This document shows positions 35,850 to 49,614 of a stretch of 64,000 nucleotides of DNA, one piece after another (the first letter of the stretch is position 1; each line of letters begins with the position of its first letter). The notes below the pieces were generated by a model. The model was not told where the DNA came from and did no database searches. It saw only the letters and a program-made list of their open reading frames with translations. Position numbers and translations under genes: made by a program. The DNA lies in the NCBI GenBank assembly GCA_002189035.1, contig NEEC01000021.1:186001-250000 (forward strand), read 5' to 3'. The stretch comes from Utricularia gibba (taxonomy: Eukaryota; Plantae; Magnoliophyta).

Positions 35850-36900
35850 ATGTTCTTTTTTTTTTAACTTAGATTATTCTCCTGTAGAGAAACCTAAAAC
35901 AGCATTAGTGTTTTCAATATATTGAAAGAAAGCTAGTTAGAATACATGTGTTCATTTGCTCTAGAGTGAATCATTCTAACACTTTCAAGTGTAAAAATAT
36001 GATGCATGCATGGTTTTTCGTTACCAAAAAAGGTTCTATCAAGAACGCATTTGCCTAATGTGCAGAGGTGTTATGTTGTTACTTATCCTTCATTTGCTTT
36101 TGAGTGACTATGGGTGGTCTCTGATGTAATCACCCCCTACCATCCTATTTAACAAACTCAAGCATAGTTTGCATTGTTCTAGAGTTATAAACTCCCTTAG
36201 TCTTTGTACTCTATCCGTGATTTAGGAGGAGCTCTTAAATTGCCAACCGCATTATTAGCCACAATAATGAATGACGAGGAAGACCTCATGGCTCTTTGAA
36301 ATGTTATTTAAGCGCACAATTTACAAATTCAATAGGGTTAACCGTTGGCCTACAACATTTCTGAAAGATGTGGTTGCTATATCCATAGTTTTTGCTATGT
36401 GGTCATCTTTTCCAAGATATTCTAATATGTGGAAGGAGTGGATTTTTTTCAAGCTTTTTTGCTTATTTGGTATCAATGAAGCCCTGATCTAGAATTGGAA
36501 ATTTTTTTTGCATGAGTAGGTTACTTCTTACACATCTTGAATTTAGCATTGAAAGAGTTCATGAATTTGTAGGTCTTCTCTTTCTCTACTTGAGCCATAA
36601 CCTTTCTTACAAAATATTCATCAATGGCGAGTTTCCCTTGGTGTAATGAACATAACTCAATGTATATTTCGCATACACCTGCATCATCAGGTTTGCCATA
36701 GTAGTGTTCAAGGGCTTTCCAGATACTTGGTCTTATAGAAGAACATTAGAAGGATGACTTTATTAATTGACTAGTGAAGGCATGACATTATGAGATCATT
36801 GCAATGCCTCTAGCTATTAATAAGGCCGGATTTTTGTTTTCTTGTTGTGTGATTTTCTAGAAGGCCATGTTTGTTGCAAATAAGGAGCTGCAAGGTAAAA
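35850..36900 (-). mobile_element. Additional very decayed copia gag/protease remnant
   Basis: Patchy gag-like (IWKALEHYY) and protease-adjacent translations on the minus strand; many stops. Confidence 0.35.
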
Positions 36901-37423
36901 GACCTTGCCCAAGTGAGGTAGTTGTGTGTAGAAAGAATACGTGAGATGAAAACAATATTCGTATGATTTACTGAGAGAATATAGTAGCAGAATGGGGCTC
37001 TAGTGCTTAAGGATTGGCAGGTGTTAAGGCTAGTTCTTCCATCGAATCACATACGCCAAAGAAAAGAGAAGAGAGGGAATAAAACTACTGCCGAATCTAG
37101 GAAAAGATGTGGTTTGAATTTTTGTTTCACATCATTTCACTATATGATGTGTGCATGTTCTTTAGGCATATATATAGACATAATTATAACAGTCATGAGC
37201 TATGGGAAACATATATATTCCTATTATCTCTTCTTAAAATTATGAAAGGTTTTTCCTTGGTTCAATATGTAGTGTTAAAATTGATGATAGTCTCAGATGA
37301 ATTGGATAGAGTTGAGAGAAATCACAAAATGACTCAAAGCTTACAATAAACAAAATGCTCACCATGATTCTTGAAAAAACCATGACAAGACAAAAAAAAC
37401 ATAGACTAGCAACACTTAAAATA

Positions 37424-40400
37424 TGTTGGACTAATAGTTATCATAAGTCAAATGAGTTAAAGGTCAATCGCCTTGGCCCAAATCCAGACTACCTTTAAGC
37501 ATTAAAGCCCAATTAGACTATAAATTTTCTTCAGGAGTGTGACAAGCAATTTTTGTCATGGAAACTCAGGAGAGGGCAGCAGGAGTGCAAGGATTGAGAA
37601 TTCTTGATCCGTGATCGAATTGTCCCCTACCTGGATATACCTCTGGCCTATGAATGGAGAAGGCGATGACTATTTCCCACTTCTCAAGAAGAAGAACATC
37701 TGGCCGGTAGAGCCCGTTTTCTTGGAGCTGTTTTGCTCCTGTAAACGAAACTTGGTGACTAGTGAAGCGTTTAGATCTAGTGTAACAAGCACCCGTAGTT
37801 TTTACCTCTTTTGGTTTTTCATATTAAAAAATATGAGTTCTTAGTTTCTTGTTTTGCTCATTTGATCGCTTTAACAAGATAATTGGTCACAAAATTCGCA
37901 ACAAATTGGTATCAGAGCTTCGGTTGCAAGTTCTTGGGATAAACTCTAATCTAAGGCTATTTTCTGCCACCATATACTCAAGCTTCTTGGCCATAAACCT
38001 GCTGCTGGTCTTCTTAAATCTTTCTGATATGCTGAGCCTTGTCTGATTAAGGCTACGACCTTCAACTGGAAATATAGAAATCAGTTTTTGTGCTTAAACT
38101 GAACTCCTAGAACTATGTCACATGGAAATCAACAATGAATTCTCTTCTTGATTGAAAGGATCTCTAGAAACCTGTGGTGTTGTGGAATGCCAAACCTGAC
38201 AAACTTCAGGCAGATGACTGGAATGATCTGCACCTGAAAGTAGCATCGTATATACTACTACATGTTGAGAGAACCATTCAACATAGGATCTCATAGTTTG
38301 AAGATGCCCATCTGCTGTGGAATAAACTGGAGGAAATTTATCAACCAAACAACCCTCAAAACAAAATAATGCTGAATAAAAGGTTGTCCAATCTGAAGTT
38401 CAAAGATGGAGGTTCAATGGTTGAACATCTTAGTAATTTCTAGGAAATTGTAGATTGCATGATAGTTGTTGGTATGTTTTTTGATGATGAAACACAAGCT
38501 ATCAAACTCCTGGACACCCCACCACCAAGCTAGGAGACGATGGTGATCACTCTCAGCAACGATTCCCTAGACAAATTAGAATTTGACTGAGTGGCAAATG
38601 CACTCTTGTAAGAAGAACAATGGCGTTTCTCAAATGGATCAACCCCCAAGGGAACACTGGCAGTCACAGGGCACAAAGGAGTCAAAACAAAAAGGCCAGA
38701 ACCGTAAAGACCAACCCTCATAATCAAAGAGAGATGCACAAAAGGAAACCAAGTCCTGTTTTTAATCGAGTATACCTGTAGCTCTAGTCAAAGAATGCTG
38801 AGAAACTTCAACCAAGAGGAACTATTGGTCCTGCTGACTGCAGAATCTAGGACTGTTCCCCCAGAAGAACCATGGATCATAGACTCTGCAGCTAGCTATC
38901 ATGCAACTCCCTCAAAGGACCACCCCATAAACTACCGTGCAGGAGATTCTAGATTTGTAAAAATGGGAAACTCTTCAGAAGCTAAAATCGTAGGATTGGG
39001 AGAGCTGCTGATAAAAACAAATTGTGGACATGTCCTCATGCTGGAAATTGTGAGATGTACCTGATATATGCATGAATCTCATGTTAGTGAACAACCTGGA
39101 CAAAGCTGGATTCACCAGCACATTTTCTAAGGGTCATTGGAGACTGCTAAAGGGGTTTCCTGTGTTGGGAAAAGGATGGCTCAAAGGAACATTGTATAAA
39201 ACAGTTGTTGAATATGATGTTTCAAGTCTTAATCTGGTGAGTGGGAGCAATTCAGACTATACCCTTTGACATACAAGACACAGTCATATTACAGACGCAG
39301 GCCTGAAACACATAATGCAATAGGGACTTATCAAAAAGATAAAACCAAGAATCAAGATCTGTGAAAGCTGCATTGTAGGAAAGCATCATAGAGTACCCTT
39401 TCAGAACAAACTAGAGAAACGCATAGAGATTTTAGACTTAATGCTGTCAGACTTTGAAGGACCTGTTAATGTGACCTCAGGGTCTGGTAAGTGTTTCTAT
39501 GTCTCCTTTAGATGGCTCCTCCAGAAAGGCATGGATCTATCTGATTGAAAGAAACAGTGATGCACTTGATTGCTTCAAAGAATTGCTTCCAAGCTGGAAA
39601 GAGAGACGGGTAAAAGATTGAAGAAGTTTAAGTCTGATAATGAAGGAGAATATTGTTCTCAGGAGTTTGAGGAATACTGCATGTGTTTGAGAATCAAAAA
39701 GGTTGCCACTGTCCTTGGAACTCCTACCCACAATGGTGTGCTTGAACGGTTTAATCAGACCCTGCTTGACAAAGTGAGATCTATGCTGAAATCATCAAAA
39801 CTTCCCAAATATTGCTGTGGGAAGGCCTTGTATACAACATGCTACTTGTTGAACAAATCACCTAAGATAGCACTCAAGTTTAAGTCTCCACATGAAGTAT
39901 GGACAGGAAGGGCACCAAGCTATAATGACTTGCGTGTGTTTGACTGCAAGACCTATGCTCATATCCTGAAGGACCATCGACACAAGCGAGATAAAAGATC
40001 ATAAGTCTGCATATTTGTGGGATATGGAAGAGATTAGATGAGTTATACATTATAAAGATTTTTGGAAAATGAAACTATCCTTGACATACCAGAACAAAAT
40101 GGCACGGATTAGGTAATGAAGGTCAAGTTAACACCTGAAAACTCAAAAAAGTTGGACTACCCCAACTCACCAAGAAGGCCCTCAGAACTAGAACTAACCC
40201 ATCAGCCTGTTGAGAACTCAAAAAAGGAAGTACCTAATGTGAGAAGATCATCAAGACAACATGTCCCCTCATCAAGATATCTTGAAACAGAATATTACAC
40301 AATTAGAGAAGACATGCTTGATGTTGCTTTGATAACTGAAGAGGGAGAACTACAGACAGTAAGGGAAGCCCTGAGCTCACCTGAGAGAGAGAAATGGATG

Positions 40401-41400
40401 GAGGCAATGCAAGAAGAAATGACATCTCTAAGGAAAAACAACAACTATGACCTTGTAAAATTGCCTGCTGGAAAACTCTTCTAGAAAATTGATGGATATT
40501 CAAGCTGAAACACAACCCCGATGGTAGTACCAGATATAAAGCAGGGATAGTTGTAGAGGGGTATCTGCAAAAGAAGCGATTGGACTATGAAAAAAATTTC
40601 TCTCTAGTTGTGAAGCTGAACACATTGAGGCTCATACTGTCCCTAACAGCCCACCTGGATTGGGAGCTTGAAGAGCTAGACATCAAAACCGCATTTCTAC
40701 ATGGTGACCTTAATGCAGAACTTTATATGAGGCAAGTTGAAGGTTTTTTAGAACATGAAAAGGAAGATCTCATGTGCAGACTTAGAAGAAGTCTGTATGG
40801 ACTAAAACAGGCACCTTACCAGTGATATCATAAATTTTACATCTTCATGTAAAACACTGAATTCAGAAGGTGTGAAGGAGATCATTGTGCCTACTGAACG
40901 AAAAATGACAAAGGTGAATGCATCTTCTTGCTCTTGTACGTTGATGATATGCTCATTGCCAGTTCGAATATGTCACTGATTCAAAACCTGAAGAAATAAA
41001 TGGCCACTATCTTTGAGATGAAAGATCTAGACGAGGCTAAGAAAATCCGAGAAAATGGAGATCACGAGAGACAGCCAAAAAGACCGTGAGTTTGTCTCAA
41101 AGTAAGTACATTGAATCTGTCCTCAAAAATTTCCGAATGGACGGAGCAAAACTAGTGCTGGACCACTCCCTAGTCACTTGAAACTCTCATCCCAAATGCG
41201 TTCCAAAACGGAACCTGAAAGGGAGGTAATGAGAAAGGTATCTTACTCCTCTACTATTTGATCATTGATGTATCTAATGGTCTACAGTTGACCAGACATA
41301 GCATATGTTGTAAGTGTGATAAGCAGGTATATGGACAATCCTGGAAAACAACATTGGAAAAGTGTAAAGTGGCTGCTGCATTACATTAAAGGTACAAGAT
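37424..41400 (+). mobile_element. Ty1/copia element, 5' LTR plus decayed gag-pol, 3' truncated
   Basis: LTR TG(37424)...CA(37903), PBS TGGTATCAGAGC 37907-37918, WIIDSAASYH protease, KSDNEGEY/HNGVLERFNQTL integrase, DIKTAFLHGDL and SLYGLKQAP RT, YVDDML. Confidence 0.93.
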
Positions 41401-42896
41401 AACTGATGTATCTCACAAAATGACTTAAAAGCTTGCAATAAACATAATGATCACCACAAAATGACAAAAAAATGTAAACTAGCAACAGTTAAAATACTCA
41501 CCCCTTAACCTACTAAAGACAAAACCAACAGGAGAGGATGCAACATATGCAGCTGCAACACAAAGGTTAGAGTCATACGCAAAGCTATGTGATCATTTAT
41601 TCACGTAGGAGCTTGGATCAACAGATTTCATGTGCTGCTGATTAAAGTTAACTTTCGATGGATAATCTGATCCGTTCATCGATGATCAGCCACTATGATT
41701 GTTCTACAGGTTTCTTTGTATGTATCATCACCGGGGGATTTAAAAAACTCATGGAAATGACGTTAACTTAGATTTGGATATTTCTCTTCAACTAATTGTA
41801 TCAAAAGAATCACATTAACTTAACACATGAGTTTCTAAATAGATTGGTTATCTAGCTTACATGTATACCTTTGTAAGATACCTTAATTTTAAAATCATTT
41901 ACAAATTTATTTTAAATTATATTAAATATATTATAATTTTGTGGTATAATTACAATTCATCATTTAACTTTCAATAAAAATAAATTATGATTTTAAATAA
42001 ATTTCCTATATATTTTTGAATTAATTATATCAAAAATATAATTTATTGTGAAATTTCAAAAACCATAATTTAATATTACAATTAAACATTAAAAAAATCT
42101 TGCATAATTTAATAAACATACATTACAATTAAATATTAAACACATTTTAAATTTTGTATTCTAAACTGATGAACCAAATCCTGCGTAGATTTAAAAAAAA
42201 CACTTGCGTTTTTATAATAAAAGATATTATATTTTATTAAAAATAAATATTCATTAAAAAATACTTGCAAATTTTAAAATTTTTCTTCAAGATGTATTTG
42301 CCATATATAATTAATAACATCAATTTTCGTAAACAAATATAATTATTTAAGTTAGGGGTTTTTAATTTGAGAATGGAATATATCTTTTGTATTGTTATTT
42401 GAAAATATTGGTTAAATTAATTTTAAATCATTATTTATTTTTATTGATATTTAAATGATGAATTTTAATGAATAAAATATATATTAAAATATTTAGTGAT
42501 AAATGAAAATTCTTCAAATGTTGTGCAATACAAAATTTCATATGAAATGAAATTTATAAAACTCTATTTCATACAAGTTTACAAATCCAAATAAAATGTA
42601 AATGATTCTGAAATCATGCTCAAAGAAAGAGTACTTGTGTATGATAATTTATGTATTTTTAATATCAAATATAATATTCAGTCTCAACTAAAAGTAATAG
42701 TGATTTAGTATCAACTATAAAAATAAAAGTAATGAGATGGGTGAGCTTTTACTTTAATTTTAATAAGACAAATATGTTGCCTCAGAATTCTAAGGGTGGA
42801 ATGATAACTAAATTCATTCTAATGTACGAACTAGCTCGAGATAATTCAACTCTATCCCAACCAATTCTTCCCATAACATGTTATATTTCTGCAGAT

Positions 42897-43910
42897 GTTG
42901 TTGTGTGATGACACACATTTTCTCTGAATTTTATAATACAAAATTGTTATATTTTATTATGGTTTAGGTTAGGTAAATTTAGTTTTTCATGTTTATGTGG
43001 TATTTATATTAATTTTATGTGATTATGTTGAAAAGTGGATTAAATCCTTTGATTTAGTCCACCATCTTTGTGCTAATGATTGATTGAGTTCAACAGGGAG
43101 ATTAGCAGAAAATCAGATTCAAAAACGTGTGGGATAAGTATGAAAGGGCACCACAGCGTAAGAGAGACAAAGAGCACTGTTCTGCCGCCACCTGCAGTAT
43201 GTAAGTTCAGGCTGGGAACAATGCTGGGATCAGGAACAGTACAATGGAGTGAAGGAAAGGAGATATTTTATTTCAAAAAGGAGGGAGAGTGGGAAAACAA
43301 TAGAGAACCCGACGAGAACAAAACGCACGCAAGGGGCTTCTCCCCAAACACAAAAAACACCAACCAAAAGAGGGGAAGAAGGACCTCATCGTCAAGAGCA
43401 GCACTAGAGCCCAATCCAGCACTACTGTTCTGGGCCGTGAAAAGTAGCAACCGGGCGAGAGAACAATCTTTATTTTTTTTCTGTTTTCTGAACGTTTCAA
43501 GTTTTTGTACCTGACTTGCTTACAATGTTTCTGTCATTTTCGCAATATTATCGGAATGAAATCATGTTTTATTCTCCAAGTATGAGTAGCTAAAACCTTA
43601 GGGATACCTTAAGGTGAAGTATGGTGGTGTGTGCTTAGGGTTGATAATGAAATTTATGTGTGTTCCTTAACTCTTGTTTTTCTCAAACCATGGGTAGACC
43701 TAAGGAGGGAAACAAGTAGTTTTACAACTAAAATGTTTGGTTTAGAGGTAGACCAACAAATCAAGACGGGAGCAATAGGTGTTAGTTTAGGGTAGACCTA
43801 GTTCTATATGCTTTGCATGCGGGTAAACTTAATTGCAATGTTGATTATGATATTGGACTAGTTTAGCCAAAAATATGATGAATGACCTGGGTAGACTTAG
43901 GTTATTTGAA
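42897..43910 (+). mobile_element. LTR family B, copy 3 (partial)
   Basis: CTTACAATGTTTCTGT..ATCATGTTTTATT..AGGGATACC..CCATGGGTAGACCT shared with ~28040-28230; left boundary approximate. Confidence 0.65.
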
Positions 43911-43948
43911 AAGTAAAAATAATCAACTCTTTACTTTTTCAAAAATAA

Positions 43949-44031
43949 CTTTTGTAGTTATAATTTTAAAAGTGTTTTTGGTAGAATTACCTTTTGTAGT
44001 TATAATTTTAAAAGTGTTTTGGTAGAATTAC
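43949..44031 (+). repeat. 42-bp tandem duplication inside a probable MITE
   Basis: CTTTTGTAGTTATAATTTTAAAAGTGTTTT(T)GGTAGAATTAC twice in tandem. Confidence 0.9.
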
Positions 44032-44399
44032 TTTTACAATTAAAAGTATTCTACAACAAAATTATTTTTACTTCTTAAAAGTAGAAATAGTTTTTAAAAA
44101 TTTTCAAGAATACTGTATTAATCTCTATTTTTCAAGACTGTTTCACACACGCTTGACGTATCATGTGGTTGCCTACAAGTACAATTAAATAATTATTATA
44201 ATTCACAGGTACCCATAATGGTTCATGTAGATGCTTAGGAAACACAATGTTTTTTCTAAAGGCTTTTCCAAGTTCCCTTAACAACTCTTATGGGTGTCTG
44301 AAAACAGTCCGAAAAAAATGCAGAATTTGTCTTTGGCACCTACAAGCCAATGGAGCACAATGTTAGACGATTTTTTAATATTTATTTAGAATTTTTAAT

Positions 44400-44620
44400 A
44401 TTTTAAAAACGAAACCGATAGTTCATCAATTTTGAACCATCGGTTCCGAATGGATCAGAACCATGGTTTCAAGATCCTAAATATCTCGAACAAGCTCAAA
44501 ACCGTAGGGTTCCGGTTCCAGAATCAGAACCATACAAAATATTCACATTCCTGAACTAAATTAGAAACGTGGTTTCAGTTCGAACCACAACTCTTCTGAT
44601 ACCGCAACCATGATCATCAG
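44400..44620. mobile_element. hAT-like subterminal repeat remnant
   Basis: Cluster of GAACC/GGTTC(C) motifs in both orientations. Confidence 0.4.
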
Positions 44621-46413
44621 GAGTTCATATCTAACCTAAATTTGTTTTTTTTTTCCGAACACCAAGTGGCCCAACAAGGCCAAATCCAGTTTTAAAACAT
44701 AGATGCCCACCAATCATTCATTTTAAAAATATATTGATAGAAATTACCATTTCTTCGATATTTATTCACGATTTGACAACTTCTAAATGTATTGTTTTTT
44801 GTAACTTAATTGCATTTATAGTATGCGGGATTATTACAATTTTATATAATTCATTTGCGAATTGTAATAAAAATGGCAATTAATGAGTCGAGGCAATCGA
44901 TTATCATTTTAAGTTATAATTTATAAATGAATTTTATAAAATCATGTTCATAATAATTTTATACCTGCAATAGCTTATAAAATGACATTTTAATATAATT
45001 TGAAAACACTCGTTATTTTTCATTCATTCGATAGTTTAGGTCACAATATGAATTCCAATTGGACATTATTGGTGTGAATCTGAATCTAGAATAATAATTT
45101 TAAAAGTATTTTCGAGAGACTTTCAAATAAGCCAACACGCAAGTATTTGAATCTCTTTTTTTTTTTCCTTAAAAAAAGAAACTCCCCGCCACAAAAAAGA
45201 AAACTTTGACTCGCGCAGCGCAGTCGCACTCAGGCAGGCAGGCATACATGGAATGTAACTTTTCCGCGTTGACGGCTTTAAACCCTAATCAGTATAAACA
45301 CACGTTTTTGTTGAAAATTCTACAGGTAAAAACACCCGCCTCCGCTTACGTCATCTCTCCCAAACTTTCACACCCTTATCCCCTTTTACTTTTAAAAAAG
45401 AAACTGATTAATTTATGTTATCTAGTTTTCTAATATTCGGATCATATTTTTCTAGGTTTTTGTTTCTGATTCGATTCAAATATTACTATTTATATCTAAA
45501 AAATATTTTATATTTTAATTTGAAAGAGGCCAATCGGATTGAATTACAATGATGGAATTAAAATTGAGTTGGCATGAAGAAAACTTAACGTTATAACACT
45601 ATAAAATATTATGAAAAAGAAATAACATGTATTTACAATTTAGGAAATACATAGGATATGTTTTGGTATCCTACATCATGCAAAATTAGTGTCGCAACCT
45701 CGTCTTCATGAGGTAATTATACATTTGTAGCTCCACATGAAACTGAAACAATGAAATATTTCAAGTTTTTGAGAAGTTGAAGAGTTACTACTTCTATGAA
45801 AATTAAAGTATTTTTTAAATATATAGAATCATTTTTTTGGAATTGTACTAAACAAACCCTTAATCTAAAAGATCTTTACTAATTGGACTGCCATCAACTT
45901 ATCTTATAAATGTTATGTAAAATTATTTTCTAGTAGGAATTTGAGTTACCTGAAAAACATTGTTTAAATGGAGAATCGGACAATAGTATTCACTAATCCA
46001 AGATGCGGGATATACAACCACCACTAAACCGGCCGGTTTCAAGACCGGGAGAGCAAGTAACCGTTAATTTAACGGCGTTAAAGGAGAGGTTAATTTTTTT
46101 GTTTTTTGGGTTGGGGGTTGAAGCGACGACAGGCAACAGCTGGTCTGGATACGCATCCAGCCGTCAATGGTGATAAGATCCAAGTTGTGTGGGGACCACA
46201 GCACATCTACATTGTTTGCTCCAAAATCGACGGTCAACGCTAGACCTCTTCAAAGTCGATCAACGGTCGACATGCCCTTGCGACGGGACAGGGAGATTGG
46301 ATTGGAGTGCACCCTAGATCCGCAGGAATTTGGCTCCGCCTTTCTTCCAATTATTCCCCTCCAGCCGCCTCTTTCTCAGCGTTTCTTCCTCGCCGGGATT
46401 TGACTCCCAAAGG

Positions 46414-48611
46414 ATGAACGGCGGCGGCGGGGATTCGAATCAGCAACAACAACAACAACAACAACCGCAGCAGCAGCAGCCGCAGCAACAGCAGATGCAG
46501 CAGCATCAGCAGTGGGTAGCGATGCAGCAGTACCAGCAACAATGGATGGCGATGCAGCACCATATGATGTATAATCAACATTACCTGCCTTACTACCACC
46601 AGCAGTTTCTTCAGCAGCAGCATCAAGCTGCGTTGCCACAGCCAACGAAGCAGGGTACTCAGATTCAGGCGGCAGGGGAGGATAACAATACGATCTGGAT
46701 TGGAGATCTACAGCAGTGGATGGATGAGAGTTATCTCCACTCCTGCTTTTCTCAAACGGGAGAGGTAATTCAAAAAGATTGCTTTTTTTCTTTTTCTTTT
46801 CTTCCGTGGTTCAAATCGCTTGCTGGATTTGCGTACTCCCCCTTCTAATTCAGCTGTTACATTGCCTTTTTCATATTCGTTTACTCGAAATCTCAAGACT
46901 GCGTGGGTTAGTGAATTTGTGGTTGTTGGAAAACTTTGTCGTGAAGGTGCTTTCGTTTCAGATAAATGTTCCTATAACAATCAAATCTGTTGTTTGAAAG
47001 GTTAGTAGAAAACCTGATCTTTTCTGGAAATGCTTCAAGTAAATTGAGAGCGGCATCACAAGGTTCACAATTTTTATTATGAACCGGATGCCAACTGCAT
47101 ATTTGTTTTTTTGCTCTTTTGATGGGAAATAAGTCCATAGTGGATGCTGTCAGATTTCCTAAAGTGGAATCGACATTCCAATTCAGCGGCATACTGTATG
47201 GGGTGTGGTTGCTGTTTGCCCGTAAAAGACATATTATAACTGTTTGTGCCTGGGAAAGCTTGTATTGTGTTTGGTACATGGAAGTTATAAGTGTGTCTTT
47301 TTCGTGAAATTTTGATCTGATGCTTCAATGTTTTGAATAACAATGGAAATGCCTGATTATTAGGTTGCTTCAGTCAAGGTAATACGCAATAAGCAGACTG
47401 GCCAGTCTGAGAGATATGGATTCATTGAGTTTAGTTCCCATACGGCTGCAGAGAATGTTCTGCAGAGCTTCAATGGCTCTGTCATGCCAAACACAGATCT
47501 AGTATTTCGTTTAAACTGGGCATCCTTTAGTACTGGTGATAGACGCCCTGATAGCGGTTCAGATTTGTCTATATTTGTTGGAGACTTAGCTACTGATGTT
47601 ACTGATGAGATGCTGCAAGAAACCTTTGCTAGTAGGTATCCCTCCGTCAAGGGTGCGAAAGTTGTTGTTGATGGAAGCAATGGCCGCTCAAAAGGTTATG
47701 GCTTTGTGCGATTCAATGATGAGAACGAGAGAGACCGCGCCTTGGCTGAGATGAACGGTGTGTATTGCTCAAGCAGACCTATGCGTATTAATGCGGCCAC
47801 TCCTAAGAAACCTTCTTCAGCACACAAGCAATATTCTTCTCAAGGTGCAAATGTTTCTTCCTTGGAATAGCCTTTACTGATTGATACAAAACACTCTCTC
47901 TGGGTGCCATTTATTTGTTTTTCTTACATGATATGGTACGATTTTCTCATTGAATGTGCACATTCAGCTGTCATATTGGCCGGTGGATATGCTGGGGGTT
48001 TTGTGCCCCAGGGTCAGCCGGAGGCAGATTCATCTAATACGACAGTGAGTCTAAAGGCATTTGTTCATGTTGGAAGGAGATGACTGAATCCACTCGACCT
48101 CTTTTCTTTCAGATATTTGTTGGAGGTCTGGACTCCGAAGCCACTGATGATGATCTGAGGCAATGCTTCAGCCCCTTTGGTGAAATTATGTCCATAAAGA
48201 TACCCGCCGGAAAGGGATGTGGCTTTGTACAATATGCAAACCGGTAAGCAACACAATGGGGGCTGCATGTCATTTGGCGTGAAGCCGCCTGATCTCTGTC
48301 CCTTGCTTAACAGAAGCAACGCAGAGGATGCGCTGGAGGGACTAAACGGAGTCATCATTGGGAAGCAGGCAGTACGTCTTTCCTGGGGAAGGAACATGGG
48401 AAATAAGCATGTGAGCATCACTTGAATCCTCTTCATCTTGCTTCCTTCCCACGATGTTAACTGGTTACTCCTGCAGTTTAGAGGCGACAGTAACGGCACC
48501 AGCAACGGCGGTTACCACGGGAGGTACAATGGGCAAGGATATGGACATGGCTACGGAGGAGCAGCTTCAAATGGGTATGCGAACCACAACCAGCAGCAGC
48601 CACTCAGCTGA
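46414..48611 (+). CDS. RBP47: Polyadenylate-binding protein RBP47 (RBP47A/B-like), Q-rich N-terminus plus 3 RRMs, 423 aa
   Basis: Exons 46414-46764, 47364-47844, 47968-48044, 48113-48243, 48314-48410, 48477-48611; all GT-AG, phases consistent (1272 nt); TIWIGDLQQWMDE, RSKGYGFVRF, GKGCGFVQY, SSQAVILAGG. Confidence 0.96.
46441..46545 (+). repeat. CAA/CAG polyglutamine-coding repeat
   Basis: CAG(CAA)7 followed by CCG/CAG blocks encoding QQQQQQQQPQQQQPQQQQMQQHQQ. Confidence 0.95.
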
Positions 48612-48888
48612 CCAGCGAAGAAATCCAGTCTGCTGCATGCACCATCTGCCGGCATCCATTGGATCATCCTGACAGCACTCTGGCAGAAGGAATGGAGTTT
48701 TGTAGCCGCACCAGAACAAGAAGCTTGCTTCTTCTTCTCAGTGTTCTCCCCTCTCCCTCCCACTTTCTCCCTCTGAACTCTCTACCCCCTTTCTGTGTTG
48801 CCGACTTATCCAACCGAACATCATCATCTTATAGTAGTTTGTTCTCAAAAGTGCGCAAACTAATGGTGTCTTGTTCGTTATAAGCACC

Positions 48889-49000
48889 CACTACAAGAAA
48901 CATTCACCCAGTTGTCACGGATTGGTAGTCTATAATCGCTCTGTGACAGCTTGAAATTGCCAACGAAGAGTAAAACTTATAAAGAGGCATCAACAAAGCC
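48889..49000 (+). mobile_element. Possible CACTA element terminus
   Basis: CACTACAAGAAA followed by TGTCAC...GTGACA inverted motifs; no partner TIR found. Confidence 0.4.
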
Positions 49001-49614
49001 TTCAGGTTCTCCCACAGAAAGTCAGAGAAGACATTATTTGAGAAAAGACCCAATTATGCGATGTTCGGAAAGATATCACTTTATAATAAGAACACGAGAA
49101 TCAAATCCTCAAGAAAGAGCTTCAGCGTCCAAGATTAGTCTGCACATCTTCAACATACTTTTAATTTTTTTTTATTTTTAATATTTTATCATTATATTCT
49201 ATTTAACCCATTTGCGACAAGTAGGAGATATAAAAAATAATTAAATTAAATTGAATTTTATATTTAAAAGCTGTCTGAATTTAATACAATATACTATTAA
49301 ATACTTCACTTTGAGTTTTAAGACTTTAAGTTATGAGGATTAAAAATGATGAATTTTATTTGATATTATAATTTTATTTTCATTTCTTGGTGGGTGGGGT
49401 GTAGTGAGCACGCAATGGGCGGGGGGGGGGGGGGGAGCCACGTGGGCGGTGGCGATAGGTGGCGGGAAAAAGATGAAATTGGAGGGAAATTTAGGGATTG
49501 ATGAAGAGATTAATTTTAGCGTAAATGACTTTCCATATTCCGCTGTCCCTGACCCAGGCCCAGGGTAGTTTCCCAGATCACCTTCCATATATCAACATAT
49601 CTTACTATGGAAAC

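Noticed and set aside
46330-46413. N-terminal extension of RBP47 shown in the ORF track
   Set aside because: It starts at TTG in a CT-rich 5' UTR; the ATG at 46414 fits the family.
46351-46645. Poly-Leu and poly-Ala/Val antisense ORFs
   Set aside because: Reverse-strand by-products of the CAG/CAA repeat.
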